Source: Candidatus Rifleibacteriota bacterium | GTDB taxonomy: Bacteria > Muiribacteriota > Ozemobacteria > Ozemobacterales > Ozemobacteraceae | NCBI GenBank assembly: GCA_051747585.1 | Contig: JBNJGH010000026.1 | Location: 1-34,252 of the forward strand | Direction: 5' to 3' | Length of the DNA stretch: 34,252 bases | In this document: positions 27,393 to 34,252 of the stretch, piece after piece | How positions within the stretch are numbered: the first letter of the stretch is position 1 | How the letters are laid out: each line of letters starts with the position of its first letter | Position numbers and translations under genes: made by a program | Notes under the pieces: model-generated | What the model saw: only the letters and a program-made list of their open reading frames with translations | What the model was told of the DNA's origin: nothing | The model's database searches: none

Positions 27393-28313
27393 TTATATTG
27401 AAATTCTTTCGATTTTAAGCTCTTTAAGATTGGCATTGCCCGACCCCAGCTCATCGGCAGCTTTAATGTAGTGAATATCTGCCAGGTCGGCACCGAGAAT
27501 AGAAGAAGCAGCCACATCTATAGCAACAATATCGGTAGAGGCAAGCAGGAATTTTTTGGTTGAGAGATCTTCGGTTCCTCGACCTCTCGGGCCGTTCCTC
27601 ATCATAACATTATAGGCATCGACAATATTCAGGGTTGGTTTTTTGTCAATGGAGGTGAAATCGGCGATGCATTGTTGAAGATCGTTTCTGTGGTAATATC
27701 TTCGATCCCAGATTGTACCCATAAGGTTTTTCATGGCTGAAGTCATTCTCGCTCCGCCATGATGTTTCAGAATGGGGACGTTTATAATTGAATCTGCCTC
27801 GAGCCATGCTTTGTGAACCAGGGCTTTTTTTAAAACCTTGCCTTTTGGAATTTCTACTTCAGTAAAATAAGAAGCAGAATGGGCCGGAATTACATTCGCA
27901 CCGGCTTCGCGAGCGGCTTTCTCGATTCCGCTTAACTGGTAGCATTGTTGCCATTCATTGCAGGTATGATCAAATACTTTAACCTCTTTTGCGCCTGCCT
28001 TAAGGCATAATTCAACAATATGAGCAACGAGTTCGGGGGTTGTGTTGGCACTTTCTTCGGGGGTTCTTGCCCAGGCTATGTTGGGCTTGACTACTACCTT
28101 CTGGCCCTTTTTAACAAAGTTTTCTATGCCTCCAAGTGCCGTTATGGCTCGGTCAAACATTTGCGAAGGCAAACCTCCTCTGATTGCAACCAGGTCGGGC
28201 ACAGATCCAGTTGCTGCGGCGGGAGAAGCTATTGTCGGAGCCTTTTGAGCGCTTAAAATGCCGGTTTTTGCTGCGAGTGCAGCTGTTATTGCAATAAAAC
28301 TTCGTCTGTCCAT
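27393..28313 (-). CDS. DUF362 domain protein with a twin-arginine signal
   Basis: MDRRSFI Tat motif. VVVKPNI, INVPILKHH, MKNLMG, DIVAID. Confidence 0.9.
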   Translation of the reverse strand: MDRRSFIAITAALAAKTGILSAQKAPTIASPAAATGSVPDLVAIRGGLPSQMFDRAITALGGIENFVKKGQKVVVKPNIAWARTPEESANTTPELVAHIVELCLKAGAKEVKVFDHTCNEWQQCYQLSGIEKAAREAGANVIPAHSASYFTEVEIPKGKVLKKALVHKAWLEADSIINVPILKHHGGARMTSAMKNLMGTIWDRRYYHRNDLQQCIADFTSIDKKPTLNIVDAYNVMMRNGPRGRGTEDLSTKKFLLASTDIVAIDVAASSILGADLADIHYIKAADELGSGNANLKELKIERISI

Positions 28314-28372
28314 TTTGCCTCCTGGTCGCGTACAGTTTTTTCTTCTAAAAATTTATTTTTTATACTAACTTA

Positions 28373-28400
28373 AATATAATTGCGTTAAAGAATTAGTCAA
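28373..28400 (-). promoter_or_regulatory. Possible sigma70 promoter for the DUF362 operon, overlapping a + strand TATAAT (28375-28380) upstream of tatC
   Basis: Minus strand TTGACT, 16-nt spacer, TATATT. Confidence 0.35.
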
Positions 28401-28415
28401 TGTCAGGAGTCACTT

Positions 28416-29240
28416 TTGTTACAGGGAGAAACCAAAGAGGGAACCTTCGTAGAGCATCTCGAAGAGCTGAGATTCGCTATATTGCGCATGCTTTTCAGCC
28501 TGATTCTAATATATCCGGTAGTTTTTTATTATTCTGATTTTTTGTTGGAAAATACCATTAAATATTTGTGCCCCGAAGGGCTTGTGTTGCGATACTTTTC
28601 GCCGGTCGAGCCATTGCTGGTCAAGCTCAAGCTTTCATTTTATCTGACCATATTTCTCGATGCGCCTTATCTTCTTAAAAAGAGCTGGGGCTTTATGGTG
28701 CCCGGGCTTTATTCAAAAGAAAGAAGCTATGGCGGCCTGTTGCTTTTCTTCAGCTGGTTGCTGTTTGTTATTGGCTGTCTGTTCAGTCTTATTGTTATGT
28801 TTCCAATGATAATGAGCTTTTCTGTAAGCTTTCAGACCAGCTATCTTTCGCCTGCAATTGGAATCGCCCAGTTCGTAGGCTTGTCTATGATGCTGATGCT
28901 TGGCTTCGGTATAATGTTTCAATTTCCTGCGGTTGTGTTTTTACTGGTTCTTTCCGGTATTTTGAGTGTTAAAGTCATTCGCAGCTATCGTGCAATTGTT
29001 GTTATTGCAATTTTCTTTATTTCGGCATTATTGACTCCTGCTGATGTTATAAGCCAGTTTGTTATGGCTATTCCGACATGGCTGCTATTTGAAGTTGGAA
29101 TACTGGCGGCTTCTTTTGTGCGCCCGCGTAAAAAGGAACTTGACGAGGTTGAGCCTGAAATTGACTGTAATAATGAGGATGAATGTGAGAAAATATATGC
29201 TGAGACATTCTCGGATAAATCAGATAAAGATGATGGGTAA
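28416..29240 (+). CDS. tatC: Twin-arginine translocase subunit TatC
   Basis: EHLEELR, PGLYSKER, FGIMFQFP, SALLTPADVISQ, LFEVGI. About six TM helices. Confidence 0.95.
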   Translation: MLQGETKEGTFVEHLEELRFAILRMLFSLILIYPVVFYYSDFLLENTIKYLCPEGLVLRYFSPVEPLLVKLKLSFYLTIFLDAPYLLKKSWGFMVPGLYSKERSYGGLLLFFSWLLFVIGCLFSLIVMFPMIMSFSVSFQTSYLSPAIGIAQFVGLSMMLMLGFGIMFQFPAVVFLLVLSGILSVKVIRSYRAIVVIAIFFISALLTPADVISQFVMAIPTWLLFEVGILAASFVRPRKKELDEVEPEIDCNNEDECEKIYAETFSDKSDKDDG

Positions 29241-29246
29241 TTTATA

Positions 29247-30113
29247 ATGAAGTTGTTTTATATTATCGGCGGTGGGCTGGGGCATTTGACCAGATTCAGT
29301 TCTTTTCTGCACAGAATGCAGATAGAAGAGCCTGTTACCCTTATTGCTTCTTCGCCGTTTGCCCGCGATAAAAGGGTGGTGTCAGATAAGCACCGGGTTT
29401 TGATTCCTCCATTCAGGTCTGCGCGCACTAAAGAAGACCTGATACTCTGGTTGCAGGAAGTAATCGATTCTTTAAAGCCTGAAAGCATTTATATTGACGC
29501 CTTCCCGGCCGGGATCCTCGGAGAGCTGACTCAGGTGTTTTTTCCATCTGGGGCAAAGGTCTTTTTACTGGCCAGATTGATAAAATGGCCGGTATATCTC
29601 GAGCGTATTCCGGCTTTTAACAAAAAATTCGAAAAAGTTTATCTTTTTGAAAAGTTACCAGACGAATATTTGCAGTTTCTCGAAGAGAATTCCAAAAATA
29701 TAGAAGAGCTGCAGCTTGATTTGCCCCAGATCGAGGTCAAAGCAGACTGTAATTCAGCTCAAAAATGGCTTGTAATTCATTCGGGTCCCGATTCAGAGCT
29801 GAAGTGCCTGCTTAACAAAGTTGAAGAAGACCTGGAAAATGAAAGTAAAAAGCCACAGGTGCTGGTAGTTTATCCGGGGCGAAAACCAGATTTCATTCCC
29901 GCACAATATGAGTATGTTAACCTTTACCCGGCCTATTGCCTTTTTAAGGATGCTGCCAGGGTATATAGCGGGGCAGGCTTTAATATGGTCGATCAAATGC
30001 GGGGAATGCGCAACAAGCATTATGTAATGCCTTTCGAGCGAATTCTAGATAATCAGTTCGAGCGTTGCAGGCAGCATGAAAAAGAATTTGCGGCAGTGTT
30101 AAATGAAAGTTAA
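29247..30113 (+). CDS. Glycosyltransferase-like (GT-B fold) protein
   Basis: N-terminal GGGLGHLTR, IDAFPAG, C-terminal SGAGFN...DNQFER, similar to GT28/PseG-type motifs. Confidence 0.65.
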   Translation: MKLFYIIGGGLGHLTRFSSFLHRMQIEEPVTLIASSPFARDKRVVSDKHRVLIPPFRSARTKEDLILWLQEVIDSLKPESIYIDAFPAGILGELTQVFFPSGAKVFLLARLIKWPVYLERIPAFNKKFEKVYLFEKLPDEYLQFLEENSKNIEELQLDLPQIEVKADCNSAQKWLVIHSGPDSELKCLLNKVEEDLENESKKPQVLVVYPGRKPDFIPAQYEYVNLYPAYCLFKDAARVYSGAGFNMVDQMRGMRNKHYVMPFERILDNQFERCRQHEKEFAAVLNES

Positions 30114-30159
30114 CTTTTAATCGTAATCACAGCTTAATTATCGGGATCAAATACTGTTA

Positions 30160-31416
30160 ATGGAAAAAGAAAACAAAAAAGAAATATGGAGTTTTGTAAA
30201 AAAGTCAGAGTATTCTTTGCCTGATAAGCCTGCAACTGAAAAGGCTCGTTCTTTTGTTTCATCGATCTGGAATAATATTTTTTCTGAAGAAAAGCAGAGC
30301 AGTAAAGTCGATATTCAAACCGAACTTCATAGTGTTCCGCAAAAACTTCTCGATACAATAGCACCATATCCTGACTGGCAAAATGCGGTTAAGCTGGTAG
30401 AAGAAAAATTGCAGCACTGGGTTGGGCAAACAACATCGGATGAGTTGTTTAAAATTTTTATAGCTCCCAACGGCAGCGGCTTACATGAAATACTTGCTGA
30501 ATTGGCTGCTTTTAAAGAATGGGAAATTGTTAAAAACCCTGAAATTGAACAATTAATGGGCCGAGACTTTAGTTGGCTAAGCGACTTGAAGCTTGGGCAA
30601 AATTCTCTGGTAGTAATACCTCAGCTCGATAAGTTTTTTCTTCGTCATCATAATGGAATAGAGCAATTCAGGCTTTTTCTGACGAAACTTGTTAATAGTA
30701 AACAGAGATGCATAATAGGTTGTAACAGCTGGCTATGGCAATTCCTTACTCAGGCTATGCATTTTTCTGAGAATTTTTCCGAGCCATATTTTTTACAAAG
30801 TCTTGGTGCAAAAGAGCTTCAGGACTTTTTCTGCCAACTCGAGTTGCAGAACGGGGTAAATCTGACCGTGTTCAGACAGACCGATGTCGGAAGCTTTGTA
30901 TTGCCGATGCATAAGACCTATGAGGGTAAAATTCCGGAAAAACTTAAAGATGAATATGAAGCAAAAAAAGCAGATTTTCCTACCCTTTTTATGAAAAAGC
31001 TTGCGTTGCATTCAAGGGGTATTCCTCTTGTTGCCTGGTCTATCTGGCGAAGCAGTTTGAATATGGCACCTGAAGAAGAAGTGGCAGAGGCCGCAAAAGA
31101 CGCGGCTGCAGCAGATAGAGGCAAAACCATCTGGGTAAAACCGTTCGAAAAAATTTCCAAGCCCGAGGTGCCCTCTGGTTTAGGCCGAAGTGCGAGTTTT
31201 ATTCTCCAATTGCTACTCATTCAAGATGGATTGCCCCAGGATATTATTTACAAACTACTTGATTTTGATAAGGATGCTATAGCAGGAACCCTTTATAGAC
31301 TTCGTCAGGCTGGGGTTCTTTTATTTGAAAAAGACATCTGGCGCGTAAGCTGGATCGGTTATTCTGAAGTGCGGCGTTATCTTTCGCAAGAAGACTACCT
31401 GCTCGATTCAATGTGA
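30160..31416 (+). CDS. Degenerate P-loop/AAA-like protein, MscS-associated
   Basis: IAPNGSGL is Walker A-like but lacks the Lys. SRGIP motif. Probable C-terminal winged helix. Lies 11 nt upstream of the MscS gene. Confidence 0.6.
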   Translation: MEKENKKEIWSFVKKSEYSLPDKPATEKARSFVSSIWNNIFSEEKQSSKVDIQTELHSVPQKLLDTIAPYPDWQNAVKLVEEKLQHWVGQTTSDELFKIFIAPNGSGLHEILAELAAFKEWEIVKNPEIEQLMGRDFSWLSDLKLGQNSLVVIPQLDKFFLRHHNGIEQFRLFLTKLVNSKQRCIIGCNSWLWQFLTQAMHFSENFSEPYFLQSLGAKELQDFFCQLELQNGVNLTVFRQTDVGSFVLPMHKTYEGKIPEKLKDEYEAKKADFPTLFMKKLALHSRGIPLVAWSIWRSSLNMAPEEEVAEAAKDAAAADRGKTIWVKPFEKISKPEVPSGLGRSASFILQLLLIQDGLPQDIIYKLLDFDKDAIAGTLYRLRQAGVLLFEKDIWRVSWIGYSEVRRYLSQEDYLLDSM

Positions 31417-31427
31417 GGGATTGATTA

Positions 31428-32237
31428 ATGGGTGATACGGTAAAAAACGCAGAGCAAATCTTTTTTGATTTAGACAAAATACCCTTTTTGACCATTTTAT
31501 TGGTTCTGGCATCGGCTTTTTTGCTGACTTATATTTTAAAAAAATATTTGCCATCAATAGCTGAAAAGCTTCCTCCAAAATTCAGATATTATATTTTACC
31601 TCTTGGCCCGATAATGCGGGTTTTAATAATTATAATCGCAGTTTTTGTGGTTATACCAATGTTTATCAGGCCGACTTTGCAGAACTTTGTTGCTATTTTC
31701 GGTTCTGTAGGTCTGGCTCTCGGTTTTGCTTTCAAAGATTTTGCTTCGAGCCTTATAGCAGGAATTATTGCTTTGTATGAGCAGCCCTATAGAGTCGGTG
31801 ACCGTGTAACTATCGATGGACTTTACGGTGAAGTCAAATCAATTAACTTGCGTTCATTAAAAATCTTAACCTATGAAGACACAGCTGTTACAATACCCCA
31901 TAGCAGAATATGGAATGACAGTATACAGAATGCCAACGATGGCAGCCGCGAACAGATGTGTGTTGCAGACTTTTATCTTAAAGCAGGTCATGATCCGGGC
32001 GAAGTAAAAGCTCTTTTGCATGATGTTGCAATTTCCAGCCCGTTTACTTTGCTGAAAAGGCCGGTAACAGTTGTGCTTCGAGAAAAGCCCTGGGCAACCC
32101 ATTATAAAATTAAAGCATACCCCGTCGACGGCCGTGACGAATTTTTATATATATCAGATTTGACACTCAAGGGGCGGCAGGCCCTGAGCGAAATCGGGGC
32201 TGAATTTGCTCAAGCCGTCTATAGTCCGAAAAAGTAA
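31428..32237 (+). CDS. MscS-family mechanosensitive channel
   Basis: GLALGFAFKDFASSLIAG, PYRVGDRV, GEVKSINLRS, VTIPHS. Confidence 0.92.
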   Translation: MGDTVKNAEQIFFDLDKIPFLTILLVLASAFLLTYILKKYLPSIAEKLPPKFRYYILPLGPIMRVLIIIIAVFVVIPMFIRPTLQNFVAIFGSVGLALGFAFKDFASSLIAGIIALYEQPYRVGDRVTIDGLYGEVKSINLRSLKILTYEDTAVTIPHSRIWNDSIQNANDGSREQMCVADFYLKAGHDPGEVKALLHDVAISSPFTLLKRPVTVVLREKPWATHYKIKAYPVDGRDEFLYISDLTLKGRQALSEIGAEFAQAVYSPKK

Positions 32238-32261
32238 TGATAAAATCCACAGGAGAAAACG

Positions 32262-34252
32262 ATGCTCGAAATAGCTTTAAATGAATTACCCAGACGCATT
32301 TCAACTTTTGATGCGGTTCAGCATTGTTACGAAAAAGAATTGAGATTTGCTTCGGCTCGCCTTACAGATGGAGTTTCCGTTTTGATTCAATGTGAAAAAC
32401 AGATTATTCCATTTTTGCAGAGTCTTTTAAAACGTCGTCTTGCAACCGAAGGGAAATCTGTTGCCATAATAGACGGCAGGCAAGACCAGCAAGGCCCGGC
32501 CTCTACTCGCCTGAGCGGCATTGTGGCTCAACTGAGAGAGCTGGTGAATAATACCGAGGCAAATAAAGTTTTCTTTTTGCCCTATCTTGATATTATTACC
32601 TCTACTTTGCCCGGTGGTTTGACCATGGAGGCCAGGGAAATAATGACAATAATTCATGAAAATCCTATGCTGACAATGGTTACCTTCGAAGATCCGGACT
32701 TCCCCATACCTGAACTTATCGGTCAGGCTTTTCCTGCTCGTTGTGAAATGCTTGGAATTCCCAGAAGCCGTATCGGCAGTTTAATAACAGAAGTAGAGGC
32801 TCGTAAGTTTGCGGTCGATAAAATTAATTTAATGGGAATTTTTAAATACGTATCCGGCCTGAATCCTATCAGGTTTCGTGAAATAATGGGTATATTTGCT
32901 CGTAAAGCAGATTTTGATCCATCTATCGATGGCATGTTGACAGGTTATATGCGTGAATTGCGTGATTATACCGCCTGTGGTGGCGCTTCCCTGTCAGATG
33001 TCGATTTGAAACGTGATATTGCCGGCTATATTAAAGTTAAAAAGCAAATAGAAGAAAATGTGTTAAAGCTGTTGCAGTCAACTGCAGCAATGAAAGACGA
33101 AAAAGAAATTAAGCAAATCGAGACCATTATTCCCAGAGGTCTTATTTTTCATGGCCCGCCGGGTACAGGTAAAACCCTCTTTGCCAAGGGCATCGCTGAA
33201 GCATTGAATGCAGCAATTTATATTGTCAGCGGACCTGAACTGAAATCAAAATGGGTTGGCGAAGGCGAGGCCAATATACGAAGATTGTTTGCCAGAGCCC
33301 GATCAACTGCTCCGTCAGTTATAGTATTTGATGAAATCGACTCAATAGCAGGCGCAAGAGGCCGGGGCTCAGACAGCGCATCTCAGGCGGCTCACTCTAT
33401 GGTTAACCAGCTTTTAACAGAGATGGACGGTTTTCGTAAAGAGCAGATGGTTTTGATTGTCGGCACTACCAACTTTGTTGACAGTCTTGATCCGGCTTTT
33501 TTAAGACCCGGGCGATTTGAATACCAGATCGAAATTCCATATCCTGAATGGGAAGATCGTCGAGCGATAATCGAGCTTTATAATCAAAAGTTCGATACGG
33601 GATTAAATAAAGACCAGATCGAGAAGCTCGCGGGTTGGACAGGTCGTAGAACCGAGCTTGGAACTCCTTATACCGGCGATCATTTAAGCGCATTATTGAA
33701 AGATTTAAAACGGTATTTGATCAATAATAATGTTTCTGTCCACGACAATGTTATCAAAGAATGGTTGTCCGGTAAGGTAGAAGAAGCCAAGCTCAGTGAT
33801 GAAGAGGAAAAAGTTGTCGCTTTTCATGAGTCAGGTCATGCTATGGCCTTTTATCTTTTTTCTCGTCAAGATGAAATCACGCGTATAACTCTTGAAAGCG
33901 GTGGGAATGATTCGCTTGGCTTTGTTGAGTCTATGGATCAGAAAACCAATCACTTTTATACCGAATCAAAGCTTAAAAGTGAAATCGGTATTTCACTGGG
34001 CGGTTACGCCGCAGAGCAGGTAGTCTACGGCGAAGTCTCAACCGGTGCCTGGCAGGATTTGCGCAAGGCCACTGCGGTGGCAACAGATATGGCCAGTCTT
34101 TATGGTATGGCCGGCACCCCCAGGGAGTTTTCCGGTCGCGATAATCAGCCTGATCCCTATTTTCTGCCGGCAATCTCGCCACATATTGACCGAATTATAA
34201 ATGAGGTTTATTCTCAGGTAAGAGCTTTTTTGGAAAAGAATTCAGCAATTCT
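32262..34252 (+). CDS. AAA+ ATPase / peptidase M41 (FtsH-like) protein, 3'-truncated by the window edge
   Basis: Not in the track. RBS AGGAG (32251-32255), ATG at 32262, frame open to the end. Walker A GPPGTGKT (33153-33176), Walker B VIVFDEID, SRH LDPAFLRPGRF, zinc motif HESGH (33825-33839), LGGYAAE...STGAWQDL. Confidence 0.9.
   Translation, partial: MLEIALNELPRRISTFDAVQHCYEKELRFASARLTDGVSVLIQCEKQIIPFLQSLLKRRLATEGKSVAIIDGRQDQQGPASTRLSGIVAQLRELVNNTEANKVFFLPYLDIITSTLPGGLTMEAREIMTIIHENPMLTMVTFEDPDFPIPELIGQAFPARCEMLGIPRSRIGSLITEVEARKFAVDKINLMGIFKYVSGLNPIRFREIMGIFARKADFDPSIDGMLTGYMRELRDYTACGGASLSDVDLKRDIAGYIKVKKQIEENVLKLLQSTAAMKDEKEIKQIETIIPRGLIFHGPPGTGKTLFAKGIAEALNAAIYIVSGPELKSKWVGEGEANIRRLFARARSTAPSVIVFDEIDSIAGARGRGSDSASQAAHSMVNQLLTEMDGFRKEQMVLIVGTTNFVDSLDPAFLRPGRFEYQIEIPYPEWEDRRAIIELYNQKFDTGLNKDQIEKLAGWTGRRTELGTPYTGDHLSALLKDLKRYLINNNVSVHDNVIKEWLSGKVEEAKLSDEEEKVVAFHESGHAMAFYLFSRQDEITRITLESGGNDSLGFVESMDQKTNHFYTESKLKSEIGISLGGYAAEQVVYGEVSTGAWQDLRKATAVATDMASLYGMAGTPREFSGRDNQPDPYFLPAISPHIDRIINEVYSQVRAFLEKNSAI

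Noticed and set aside
32427..34182. Four short minus-strand ORFs in the track
   Set aside because: They are shadows of the long + strand AAA/M41 gene.
32262..34252. Gene symbol ftsH
   Set aside because: The protein lacks N-terminal TM helices and has an atypical pore loop, so the symbol was withheld.

Overview
Bacterial window (roughly 40% GC by eye, standard genetic code). The gene content reminds me of Candidatus Riflebacteria-like genomes, but that is an impression only. The first ~21.3 kb is an accessory locus with three paralogous minor-pilin/pseudopilin triads (PilV/GspI-like, PilW/GspJ-like, and a large PilX/GspK-like protein lacking Glu+5). Each triad is paired with a membrane-anchored HEAT-repeat protein, and the three modules are circular permutations of one gene cycle (V-W-X-HEAT). 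Two paralogous STAS anti-anti-sigma genes bracket the locus. An ECF sigma/zinc-finger-FecR anti-sigma pair, a CHASE2-PP2C phosphatase and a FecR lipoprotein sit between modules B and C. Two of the PilX-like proteins carry an inserted biotinyl/lipoyl-like domain with no acceptor lysine. A secreted protein with a toxin-like hydrophobic hairpin follows module A. No major pilin, assembly ATPase, platform protein, prepilin peptidase or secretin is in the window. The remainder holds a large secreted hypothetical protein, a ~210-nt multi-branch palindromic intergenic element, a DUF362 + NapH/NapF-type Fe-S pair, tatC, a GT-B-like protein, a degenerate P-loop protein + MscS pair, and a truncated, apparently soluble AAA+/peptidase M41 gene that the ORF track missed. 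All family calls come from motif recognition by eye, with no database searches.
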